This document shows, piece by piece, positions 21,392 through 29,954 of a stretch of DNA of 55,543 nt. The notes under the pieces are model-generated. The model was not told the DNA's origin. It did not search any database and saw only the letters and a program-made list of their open reading frames with translations. The stretch comes from Candidatus Nanopelagicales bacterium (GTDB lineage Bacteria; Actinomycetota; Actinomycetes; S36-B12; CAIYMF01): contig DASSQW010000104.1 in assembly GCA_035702165.1 (NCBI GenBank), forward strand, positions 1-55,543, written 5' to 3'. The position numbers and the translations under genes were made by a program. The number at the start of each line of letters is the position of its first letter. The first letter of the stretch is position 1.

Positions 21392-23470
21392 TCAGCGGGA
21401 CGTGGTCGCGCCGGAGCGCTCGACCTCCACGAGCGTGTCGTGGAACCACGCCGAGCCGCGGTCGTCCTTGTTCACCCCTGCGTTGGTGAGGGCGTTGACC
21501 GCGCGGCCCTCGGGCGTGCTGCGGTTCCACCAGCCGAAGGGGATCGCGACGAGCCCGGGCTGCAGGTCCTCGGTCACCTCCGCCGCGAGCGAGAGCGATC
21601 CGCGGTCGTTGTGCACGCGCACGATGTCGCCGCTGGCGACCCCGCGAGCGGCGGCATCGGCCGGATGGATCTGCAGCGACGGCCGGCCGCTGCTCGGCAG
21701 GTGCGCCGGGAAGCCGGCGTAGGCGGCGTTGAGGAACTTCGGGTGCTGCTTGCGCGAGATCAGCGCGAGCGGGAACTGGCCCGCGGTGTCGCCGTCGACG
21801 GTCTCGCTGCCCACCGACGGGTCGAGCGCGCCGAGGCGCATGGGTCGTGTCGGTACTCCGGGGATGTCGTCGACGTGCGGTCGCAGTCCGTCCGGCACGG
21901 CGAGGCGCGCCCAGCCGCGCTCGGCCAGCACCTCGTAGGTGATGCCGTCGAGGAAGGGATGGTCGCTGTCGAGCAGATCTCGCACGAGCTGCTCGTCGCT
22001 GCGCTGCAGCGCGGGGTCGTCGAGCCCGAGCGCGGTCGCGAGACGGCGCGCGATCTCGGTGTTGGGCAGCGCCTCGCCGCGCGGCGCCGTCGCGGGCTGG
22101 TTCAGCGCCAGGTAGAGGTGGCCCCACGAGTGCGCGAGGTCGAGGTGCTCGATCTGCGTCGTCGCCGGCAGCACGATGTCGGCGTACCGCGCGGTGTCGG
22201 TGACGAACTGCTCGACGACGACGGTGAACAGGTCCTCGCGCTCGAGCCCCTCGATGACGCGGTTCTGGTCGGGCACGATCACCGCGGGGTTGGAGTTGTG
22301 CACGAACAGCAGCTCGATGCGCGGGTCGCCCTCGCGCGGGTCGGTCAGCACCTGGCCCAGCCGCGCCATGTTGACGCTGCGACGCTGCGGCCGGTGGGGG
22401 AGGGAGAGGGCCGAGAACGCCCACTGCTGCGTGGATCGCGCGAGCCCACCGCCCACGTCGCGCCACGAGCCGAGGACGGCGGGGAGCATCGCCACGGCAC
22501 GCTGGATCTCCGTTCCGTTCTCGCGGTGCTCCGGACCGATGAGCATGCGCACGCCGGTGGGCCGCTGGGTGGCCATCAGGTGCGCGAGTTGCTCGATCTG
22601 CTCCGCCGGTACGCCGGTCGCCGTCGCGGTCCGCTCCGGAGCCCACTCCGCGGCGCACGCCTCGAGGTCGGCCCAGCCCACCGTGCGCTCCGCGAGCCAC
22701 GAGGGGTCGAGCAGTCCGTCGCGGTCGAGGACGTGCACCAGTCCGAGAACCAGCGCGACGTCGGTGCCGGGTCGCGGCTGCACGAACACGTCGGCCTCGC
22801 GCGCAGTCTCGGTGCGCACCGGGTCGACCACCACGATCGTCGCGCCGTTCGCGCGCGCCTCCTCCACGACGGGCCAGAAGTGGCGGTTCGTGATCCGCGT
22901 GTTGGTGCCCCAGAGCACGAGCGTGCGCGAGTGCCGGAAGGTCTCCGGGTCGACGCCGAACGGTCTGCCGAGCACCTTCGCGGGCCCGAGCCACGAGGTC
23001 GTGCCGCACAGCTCGCGGTGGACGTCGCTCGCGCCGACCGCGTCGAACAGGGCGTCGATGAGCACACCCATCTGGACGAGGCCCTGGGTGCCCGCGAAGG
23101 AGTACTGCAGGATCGCGTCGGCCCGGCCGGCGTCGATCAGCGCACGCATCCTGGCGGCGATCTCGGCGACGGCCTCGGCCCAGCCGATCGGCTCGAACTC
23201 GGCGCTGCCCTTGGGGCCGGTGCGTCGCAGCGGCGTCAGGACCCGGTCGGGATGGTGCACGCGGTCGAGGAACCGGTTCACCTTCGGGCACAGCGTGCCG
23301 CGGGTGACGGGGTGCGACGTGCTGCCCCGCAGCCGGGTCGCGACGCCGTCGACGACGGTGACCTCCCACGCGCAGGTGTCGGGGCAGTCGTGGTGGCAGG
23401 CGCCGAGCACGGTGAGCTCGCTGGGAGCGCTACGAGCCGTGCCGCCCGAGGGGTCGACGGCGCGGCTCAT
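21392..23470 (-). CDS. Molybdopterin (bis-MGD) oxidoreductase with N-terminal 4Fe-4S site
   Basis: CHHDCPDTC...LCPK, PRPGTDVAL, DTARYADIVLPA, C-terminal IHPADAAARG..GDIVRVHNDRG, NALT. Confidence 0.92.
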   Translation of the reverse strand: MSRAVDPSGGTARSAPSELTVLGACHHDCPDTCAWEVTVVDGVATRLRGSTSHPVTRGTLCPKVNRFLDRVHHPDRVLTPLRRTGPKGSAEFEPIGWAEAVAEIAARMRALIDAGRADAILQYSFAGTQGLVQMGVLIDALFDAVGASDVHRELCGTTSWLGPAKVLGRPFGVDPETFRHSRTLVLWGTNTRITNRHFWPVVEEARANGATIVVVDPVRTETAREADVFVQPRPGTDVALVLGLVHVLDRDGLLDPSWLAERTVGWADLEACAAEWAPERTATATGVPAEQIEQLAHLMATQRPTGVRMLIGPEHRENGTEIQRAVAMLPAVLGSWRDVGGGLARSTQQWAFSALSLPHRPQRRSVNMARLGQVLTDPREGDPRIELLFVHNSNPAVIVPDQNRVIEGLEREDLFTVVVEQFVTDTARYADIVLPATTQIEHLDLAHSWGHLYLALNQPATAPRGEALPNTEIARRLATALGLDDPALQRSDEQLVRDLLDSDHPFLDGITYEVLAERGWARLAVPDGLRPHVDDIPGVPTRPMRLGALDPSVGSETVDGDTAGQFPLALISRKQHPKFLNAAYAGFPAHLPSSGRPSLQIHPADAAARGVASGDIVRVHNDRGSLSLAAEVTEDLQPGLVAIPFGWWNRSTPEGRAVNALTNAGVNKDDRGSAWFHDTLVEVERSGATTSR

Positions 23471-23622
23471 GGGCCGAGCCTAACGGCGTACAGAGCGTGA
23501 CTGTTCTCACTCGCTCGGTCATCGCCGTGCGTGAGGACTGCTCCGATCGGGTGTACGGAGTTGGTCGGCGCTCGAGAGGTCGCGTTGAGTGGACGAACTT
23601 CGTGATGACCCGGAGGTGAACC

Positions 23623-24333
23623 GTGCCCGACGTCCGACGCTCCCGCCGCTGGGGGCTGCTCGCAGCCCCCGCCGCCGCCCTCGCCCTTCTCGTGGGCGGT
23701 CCGACCGCCCCGGCCTCGGCCGTGATCCTGTCGTCCACGGCGTCGGCGCCGTACAGCTACCTGGCGCGGCAGCCGCTGAACTCCCGGGTGGCCGTGCGCT
23801 GGTACCCGTGCCGCACGCACACCTACAAGATCTACGCCGGCCGCTCGACGGCCGCGCAGCGCAAGGTGCTGCTCACCGCGGTGGCGCGCGTGGCCGGTAC
23901 GTCGGGCATCCCGATGGTCTTCACGGGCTACACCAGCGTCCTGCCCACGCGGTCCAACGCGAGCAGCCTGCCCCGGCGCGCTGGGGCCGACATCGTCATC
24001 GCGTTCACGACCGCCGGTCGCACCGACCTGCTGCCCTCGTCGTCCTCCGGCCTGCTCGGCGTGGGCGGAGCGTCCTACGCCTGGGTCGGCACCAGCAAGG
24101 CCTGGTACACCTCGGGCTACGCCGTGTTCAACATGAGCCGGATGCCGTCGACGAACACGCTGCGCCTGCGGATGTTCGAGCACGAGCTCGGCCACACGCT
24201 CGGTCTGGGCCACACCGGCCTGGTGAGCGACGTGATGTACCCGGTGCAGTACAGCTCGAGCACCGCCTGGTCGACCGGCTTCGGTCGCGGTCTGGTCGCG
24301 ATCGGCAAGGAAGCCGGCTGCGCGACCCGCTGA
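23623..24333 (+). CDS. Secreted matrixin-like (M10) zinc metalloprotease
   Basis: Signal peptide ending APASA; HELGHTLGLGH zinc motif; Met-turn DVMYP; GGAGG RBS. Confidence 0.88.
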   Translation: MPDVRRSRRWGLLAAPAAALALLVGGPTAPASAVILSSTASAPYSYLARQPLNSRVAVRWYPCRTHTYKIYAGRSTAAQRKVLLTAVARVAGTSGIPMVFTGYTSVLPTRSNASSLPRRAGADIVIAFTTAGRTDLLPSSSSGLLGVGGASYAWVGTSKAWYTSGYAVFNMSRMPSTNTLRLRMFEHELGHTLGLGHTGLVSDVMYPVQYSSSTAWSTGFGRGLVAIGKEAGCATR

Positions 24334-24344
24334 CCCCGTCCACG

Positions 24345-24378
24345 ACGAAGGCCCCGACCGGGAGGTCGGGGCCTTCGT
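24345..24378. terminator. Bidirectional stem-loop between convergent protease genes
   Basis: ACGAAGGCCCCGACC-GGGA-GGTCGGGGCCTTCGT, perfect 15-bp stem. Confidence 0.8.
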
Positions 24379-24393
24379 GCGGACGCGGTTCGG

Positions 24394-25350
24394 CTACTTG
24401 TTCAGCCGGTACGTCGTCCACTGCGACTGCATGCGGCTGGCCTGGCCCGCGGTGAACTGGAACATGCAGGAATCGTCGCTGTAGTCCATGAAGTTCGTGA
24501 TCGGGTCCTTGCCCGCGTTGCGGGCGCAGGAGTCGCGGCCAGTCGGGCAGCCGTACGCCGGGCTCTTCTCCTGCGGGGTGTCGGAGACGTAGTCGTTGTT
24601 CTTCGTGCACCCGCCCTGGAACGTGTGGTACAGCCCGAGCCAGTGGCCGATCTCGTGCGTCGCCGTGTCGCCCTCGTTGTACGGCGCGGCCGTGCCACCG
24701 GGCACCGACTCGTCGAGGATGACGACGCCGTCCATGACCGGGTTGGCGGCGTAGTTCGCCGGGAACGTCGACCAGCCGAGCAGCCCGCCGCCCATGTTGT
24801 TGAAGTAGATGTTCAGGTCGTCGGCGGTGCCCCTGCGCAGCGCGCTCTTCATCTGCCTCTCGGCCGTCGTGCCATCGGTCGTCGTGTACCAGGCGTCGTT
24901 GGCCGTCGTGTCGGTCCCCGCCAGCGCGAACGCGAAGCCGCTGCTCGAGTACGCGGCGTTCAGCACACTCAGCTGGTTGCTGATCTTCTGCGAGGAGACC
25001 GCGCCCGCTCCGGTCGAGGACGTGATCACGTGCACGTAGACGTTGATCGTCGGCTTCGTGAAGGCGGTCGCGGCGAGCGACGCGCGGCCGCCAGCGGAGA
25101 CGGTGTTCGCGAACTGGGTGCGGGCGGTCGAGGCCTCCATCGCGCGGACGGCGTCGTCGGACAGCGCGTTGGGATCGTGCGCCGCGATGCCCTTGCGCAC
25201 CTTGAGCGCGCTGCCGTCGGACGTGCACGACTCTGCGGAGGAGGCCGAGGCCCCCAGCGTGACGGCGCCGGACGCGGAGGCGCCGACGAGCGGCACGAGC
25301 GCGGCGACGAGGGTGCCGGCGACGATCGCGGCGCGACGGGACAGGGGCAC
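24394..25350 (-). CDS. Secreted M43 (ulilysin/pappalysin-like) zinc metalloprotease
   Basis: Signal peptide; YNEGDTATHEIGHWLGLYHTFQGGC, DYVSDTP, NFMDYS; GGAG RBS before GTG 25350. Confidence 0.92.
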   Translation of the reverse strand: MPLSRRAAIVAGTLVAALVPLVGASASGAVTLGASASSAESCTSDGSALKVRKGIAAHDPNALSDDAVRAMEASTARTQFANTVSAGGRASLAATAFTKPTINVYVHVITSSTGAGAVSSQKISNQLSVLNAAYSSSGFAFALAGTDTTANDAWYTTTDGTTAERQMKSALRRGTADDLNIYFNNMGGGLLGWSTFPANYAANPVMDGVVILDESVPGGTAAPYNEGDTATHEIGHWLGLYHTFQGGCTKNNDYVSDTPQEKSPAYGCPTGRDSCARNAGKDPITNFMDYSDDSCMFQFTAGQASRMQSQWTTYRLNK

Positions 25351-25628
25351 GGAGACTCCCAGGACTCGGGCACGGCACTGCGCCGTGCTGCGCACAAGGT
25401 AGGCGTTCCGTGGTGCGCTGACGAGCACCCGGCGCCCGTTGGCCCGTCGTCGCCGAACCGTGACTGCGCCATGCCCGGCGGGCGTCGACGAGCGGAGCGC
25501 TCCAGGCGTCGGGACGCGGCTCGCCGTGAGCCGCCATCGTGCGAGCTCGGCCACGACGTCGGCGGGCGGCCACCCTTCTGGGTACGGCGCGCGCTGGTGA
25601 TCGCATCGGCACGTCGCGGCGAAACGAG

Positions 25629-25660
25629 CGAAGGCCCCGACCTGCTGGTCGGGGCCTTCG
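25629..25660 (-). terminator. Stem-loop immediately 3' of tRNA-Leu
   Basis: CGAAGGCCCCGACC-TGCT-GGTCGGGGCCTTCG, 14-bp stem; followed by CTCGTTT on the minus strand. Confidence 0.8.
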
Positions 25661-25665
25661 TGATG

Positions 25666-25749
25666 TGTCCGAGGGGGGACTTGAACCCCCATGCCCTTTC
25701 GGGCACTAGCACCTCAAGCTAGCGCGTCTGCCTATTCCGCCACCCGGAC
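25666..25749 (-). tRNA. tRNA-Leu (anticodon GAG), CCA not encoded
   Basis: Minus strand GTCCGGGTGGCGGAATAGGCAGACGCGCTAGCTT-GAG-GTGCTAGTGCCCGAAAGGGCATGGGGGTTCAAGTCCCCCCTCGGACA; long variable arm, TTCAA T-loop. Confidence 0.97.
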
Positions 25750-25879
25750 GTGCACGCGGTGCATCACTGCGCCGTGCGACCCCGAGAGGATACAACGGCG
25801 CCCGACGACCGACGAAATGCGCCCCTGGCGCTGCCCGAGGAGCGGTGCGCGAGCCGCCCGCCTGCGTCAGGATGGCGGA

Positions 25880-27229
25880 GTGACCGAGACGACCGCTCCC
25901 GCGCTGCCGCAGCCGCTCCCCGACGCCGAGGCGGAGGTGGTCGACCTGGTCACCGAGCTGATCCGCATCGACAGCAGCAACTACGGCGACGGCACCGGCC
26001 CCGGCGAGGCCGAGGCCGCCGAGTACGTGGAGGCGCGCTTGCGCGAGGTCGGCCTCGACCCGGAGCGGTACTCCTGCGGGCCTCGGCGCGACGGCGTCGT
26101 CGTGCGCGTGCCGGGGCGCGACCGGTCCCGCGGCGCCCTGCTCGTGCACGGCCACCTCGACGTCGTGCCGGCGCAGGCGGCGGACTGGTCCAAGCCGCCG
26201 TTCGCAGCGGAGATCGACGACGACCTCGGCGTACCGATGCTCTGGGGCCGCGGCGCGGTGGACATGAAGGACATGGTCGGCATGTCCCTCGCGGTCGTGC
26301 GGTCGTGGGCGCGCAACGGCGTGCAGCCCGACCGCGACGTCGTGTTCCAGTTCCTGCCCGACGAGGAGGCCGGCGGCAAGGTCGGCTCGCACGTCCTGGT
26401 CGACACCCGGCGCGACATGTTCGACGGCGTCACCGAGGCCATCGGCGAGGTCGGCGGCTTCTCCCTGACGGTGCACGACGACCTGCGGCTCTACCTGGTC
26501 CAGACCGCGGAGAAGGGCATCCAGTGGCTGCGGCTGCGGGCCAAGGGCCGTGCGGGCCACGGCTCGATGCTCAACGACGAGAACGCCGTGACGCTGCTCG
26601 CCGAGGCGGTCGCGCGGGTCGGCCGCATCGACTGGCCGGTGCACCTCACCGACAGCGTGCGCGACCTGCTGCGCGGGATCTCCGAGGCGACCGGTGTCGA
26701 GCTCGACCCCGACGACCTGCCCACGACGTTGGCACGCCTCGGCCCGATGGCGACGCTCGTCGGTGCGACGCTGCAGAACACCGCGAACCCGACGATGCTG
26801 TCGGCCGGCTACAAGCACAACGTGATCCCGGGCGAGGCGGTCGCGCACGTCGACTGCCGCTTCCTGCCCGGCTACGAGGAGGAGCTGCTCGCGAAGGTCG
26901 ATGAGGCGCTCGGCGCGCACGTCGTCCGCGAGGAGCACATCGCCGACATCGCGGTCGAGACGACGTTCGACGGCGCCTCGATCGACCTCATGGCCGCAGC
27001 ACTGCGCGCCGAGGACCCGGGTGCGCGCACCGTGCCGTACATGCTCTCGGGCGGCACCGACGCCAAGGCCTTCAGCACGCTGGGTATCCGCTGCTACGGC
27101 TTCGCGCCGCTCAAGCTCCCGCCCGCGCTCAACTTCGGCGCGCTCTTCCACGGTGTCGACGAGCGCGTCCCCCTCGACGCCCTGCACTTCGGCACCCGCG
27201 TCCTGGACCGCTTCCTGCGCGCAGCGTAG
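25880..27229 (+). CDS. M20/M25/M40 family metallopeptidase
   Basis: HGHLDVVP, WGRGAVDMK, DEEAGG, GHGS, GGTDAK, FHGVDER. Confidence 0.95.
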   Translation: MTETTAPALPQPLPDAEAEVVDLVTELIRIDSSNYGDGTGPGEAEAAEYVEARLREVGLDPERYSCGPRRDGVVVRVPGRDRSRGALLVHGHLDVVPAQAADWSKPPFAAEIDDDLGVPMLWGRGAVDMKDMVGMSLAVVRSWARNGVQPDRDVVFQFLPDEEAGGKVGSHVLVDTRRDMFDGVTEAIGEVGGFSLTVHDDLRLYLVQTAEKGIQWLRLRAKGRAGHGSMLNDENAVTLLAEAVARVGRIDWPVHLTDSVRDLLRGISEATGVELDPDDLPTTLARLGPMATLVGATLQNTANPTMLSAGYKHNVIPGEAVAHVDCRFLPGYEEELLAKVDEALGAHVVREEHIADIAVETTFDGASIDLMAAALRAEDPGARTVPYMLSGGTDAKAFSTLGIRCYGFAPLKLPPALNFGALFHGVDERVPLDALHFGTRVLDRFLRAA

Positions 27230-27490
27230 GAAGCGGGAGACCTGGGCCCCCGCTGCGGCGACAGCCGCAGGAGGGGATCCTGCGCGCAGCGTAGGAAGCG
27301 GGAGACCTGGGCCCCCGCTGCGGCGACAGCCGCAGGAGGGGATCCTGCGCGCAGCGGAGGAAGCGGGAGACCTGGGCCCCCGCTGCGGCGACAGCCGCAG
27401 GAGGGGATCCTGCGCGCAGCGTAGGAAGCGGGAGACCTAGGCCCCCGCTGCGGGGACAGCCGCAGGAGGGGAACCTGCGCGCACCGCAGG
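27213..27490. repeat. Tandem repeat, 65-bp unit, 4 full copies plus an 18-bp partial
   Basis: Unit TCCTGCGCGCAGCGTAGGAAGCGGGAGACCTGGGCCCCCGCTGCGGCGACAGCCGCAGGAGGGGA starting at 27213, 27278, 27343, 27408; degenerate partial at 27473. Confidence 0.97.
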
Positions 27491-27530
27491 CACGGGTCGC
27501 GGAGGTTCCGCGCGGCCTGAGCGCGAGGGA

Positions 27531-27728
27531 CTACGCCGTACGCACGGCGCGCAGCACGCGTCGGCGCAGCCACACGCGACGGCGCCCGTCGGGGTAGAGC
27601 CGCAGCCGGGCCAGCTCCCAGGAGCCGTGCTCGGCGAGCTCGGTCAGGGCGGCGCGTGCGGCGTCGCGCGCGGTGCCGCGGGGCAGCGTGATCTCGCGGT
27701 ACTCCCAGGTCGAGGCGCGCGCGGTCAT
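27531..27728 (-). CDS. DUF5703 family small protein
   Basis: WEYREITLP, AEHGSWELARLRLYPDGRRRVWLRRR; start 27728 (7 nt after CACAAT) or 27737. Confidence 0.88.
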   Translation of the reverse strand: MTARASTWEYREITLPRGTARDAARAALTELAEHGSWELARLRLYPDGRRRVWLRRRVLRAVRTA

Positions 27729-27850
27729 GCGGGTCATTGTGCGCTATCGCCTCCGACCAGACCTCGCACGTGCCGCATGTCGCCGGGTCTGCCGGGCGGG
27801 CGGGCGCCGGAGCCGCAGGCAGACCCGGGCCGCCCCTCCACGCCGAGCGA

Positions 27851-28849
27851 TCAGGCGTGGAGAAGGGCGGCGAGGCGGGTGCGGCGGGGTCGGTCGGTCG
27901 TGGTGCCCACGAGCTCGGCCAGACCGGCGGCGTCGCTGCCGAAGCCGTGGACGACCGAGACGTGGTCGCGACCGGAGCGAAGACCGGCGTAGACCGTGGC
28001 GCGGGTGAGGTTCGAGGTCGCTGCTCCCGGCAGGACGAGCACGGTCGCGGGCAGCATCCGGTCGCCGAGCTCCGCCAGTGCCAGGACCTGAACTCCTGTC
28101 TCGGCGAGACCGGCGCGCAACGGCTCGACCCCGACGGGCCCGGACGGCTCGACGACGACGACGGCGACCTGGTCCGTGCCGTGGCCGAAGGCTCGGGGGA
28201 TCGAGGTCGTGACCAGCTGCCCGACGCGCACCAGCGCCTCATCGGGAGACGCGGTGGGCACCACGACGAGTGAGCGGTCGTCGGGCGGCGTCGCGACCCA
28301 GCGCCCGGCCGCCACCGCTGCGCGCTGCACCCCGAGCGCCCGGTCGTCGCGCTCGGAGTCGCCGACGAGCACCGGGCAGATGCCCGACGCCGCGACGTCG
28401 AGGGCGACCGCACCCATCACGCCGTGCGCGAGGGGGAGGGCGTTGTCGAGCGACAGCACCAGCACGGCGTCCTCGGGCAGGTCCTCGACCGCGCCGAGCG
28501 TCTCGTCCAGGCCGACGCGGTGCGCGTCGTCGAGCACGACGGTCGGGACGCCGGTCCCTGTCGCCCGGGCGAGCGCGAGACGCCGGCCCGCGGGATCGGG
28601 CCCGGCCACGACGGCGAGCCGGTTCTCCGCGGCCAGCGCTGCCAGACCGTCGGCGAGCAGCTCCTCGGACTCGGCGACGTCGGACAGCGCCCATGCGGGC
28701 CGGCCCTGCCACTCGACGTCGACGAGCGCGATGTCGGCCAGCGCGACGTCGACGTCCTCCCGGGACACCGTCCGCAGGACGACGTCCTGCGGCAGCACGG
28801 TGTGACCGAAGCCGGCGGCGTCGGTGAGGAGACGGACGGCGGGGTTCAG
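27851..28849 (-). CDS. Degenerate RecD2-like (SF1 helicase-derived) protein; start uncertain
   Basis: AAGFGHTVLP, VVLDDAH, TSIPRAFG..QVAVV, LTRATVYAG, RRTRL resemble RecD2 segments; high GC3 frame; expected syntenic position between AKR and DUF5703. Confidence 0.7.
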   Translation of the reverse strand: MNPAVRLLTDAAGFGHTVLPQDVVLRTVSREDVDVALADIALVDVEWQGRPAWALSDVAESEELLADGLAALAAENRLAVVAGPDPAGRRLALARATGTGVPTVVLDDAHRVGLDETLGAVEDLPEDAVLVLSLDNALPLAHGVMGAVALDVAASGICPVLVGDSERDDRALGVQRAAVAAGRWVATPPDDRSLVVVPTASPDEALVRVGQLVTTSIPRAFGHGTDQVAVVVVEPSGPVGVEPLRAGLAETGVQVLALAELGDRMLPATVLVLPGAATSNLTRATVYAGLRSGRDHVSVVHGFGSDAAGLAELVGTTTDRPRRTRLAALLHA

Positions 28850-29823
28850 CGCCCGGTCCAGCCGCTGTCGGGATACGTGGACTGCGGCGCCGACACCTCG
28901 TCGAGCGCCGACACGATCTCCTCGGGCAGCTCGAGCTCCTCGACGGTCAGCGCGCCGCGCAGCTGGGCGGCGGTGCGCGCGCCGACGACGGGTGCGACGA
29001 CGCCGGGCCGGTCGCGGACCCAGGCCAGCGCCACCTCGAGCGGCGCGACGCCGAGGCCCTCGGCCGCGGTGCACACGGCGTCGACGATGAGCCGGCTCTG
29101 CTCGCCGAGGAACGGCGCGATGAAGGAGGAGAAGTGGGACGACGCTGCGCGCGAGTCGGCGGGGGTGCCGTGCCGGTACTTCCCGGTCAGCACGCCGCGG
29201 CCCAGCGGCGACCACGGCAGGATGCCCAAGCCGCCGACCTCCGCGGCGCCGACGACCTCGCGCTCGATCCCGCGCTGCAGCAGGGAGTACTCCATCTGCG
29301 TCGACACCGGCCGCGCTGCGCCCTGGCGTGCGGACTGCTGCGCGGCGACCCAGGCGGTCTGCCAGCCCGAGTAGTTGCTGACGCCGACGTAACGGACCTT
29401 GCCCGACGCGACGGCGCTGTCGAGCGCGGCGAGGGTCTCGTCGACCGGCGTGAGCGGGTCCCAGGCGTGCAGCTGCCACAGGTCGATGTGGTCGACTCCG
29501 AGGCGCCGCAGCGACGCGTCGAGCGCCGAGAGCAGGTGCCCGCGCGAGGCGTCCCGACGGCGCTCGGTCCCCGGCCGTGACACCGCCTTGGTCGCCAGGA
29601 CGACGGAGTCGCGCCCGACCTCCTCCAGCAGGGAGCCGACGATCTGCTCCGAGCGGCCGTCGGCGTAGACGTCGGCGGTGTCGACGAGGGTGCCGCCGGC
29701 CTCGACGAAGGCGAGGAGCTGGTCGCGCGCCTCGTGCTCGTCGGTGTCGCGCCCCCACGTCATGGTGCCGAGGGCGAGCCTCGAGACGTGCAGCCCCGAG
29801 CGGCCGAGCGGACGCATCTCCAT
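28846..29823 (-). CDS. Aldo/keto reductase
   Basis: LGRSGLHVSRLALGTMTWG, DTADVY, LATK, DHIDLWQLH, GKVRYVGVSN, PWSPLGRGVLTGKY. Confidence 0.95.
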   Translation of the reverse strand: MEMRPLGRSGLHVSRLALGTMTWGRDTDEHEARDQLLAFVEAGGTLVDTADVYADGRSEQIVGSLLEEVGRDSVVLATKAVSRPGTERRRDASRGHLLSALDASLRRLGVDHIDLWQLHAWDPLTPVDETLAALDSAVASGKVRYVGVSNYSGWQTAWVAAQQSARQGAARPVSTQMEYSLLQRGIEREVVGAAEVGGLGILPWSPLGRGVLTGKYRHGTPADSRAASSHFSSFIAPFLGEQSRLIVDAVCTAAEGLGVAPLEVALAWVRDRPGVVAPVVGARTAAQLRGALTVEELELPEEIVSALDEVSAPQSTYPDSGWTGR

Positions 29824-29954
29824 GTCGCGTGACCCTATCCGGCCTCGGCACCCCGAGACGGTTAGGCTCCGCGAGGGTCGTGGATCGACCCGTGCCGGTG
29901 GGGGCCGGCATCCACGAAGCGCCAGCCGGCGGGCGGCGCGAGGAGGGCGGGTTC

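Noticed and set aside
25351-25620. ncRNA or small ORF in the 270-bp gap between the M43 gene and the tRNA terminator
   Set aside because: Only a short hairpin near the RBS; no recognisable RNA family and no ORF with convincing codon bias
25666-25749. Prophage or ICE integrated at tRNA-Leu
   Set aside because: No integrase, no duplicated tRNA 3' fragment and no compositional shift
27213-27490. 65-bp array as a CRISPR array
   Set aside because: Units are contiguous and near-identical with no unique spacers, and no cas genes are adjacent
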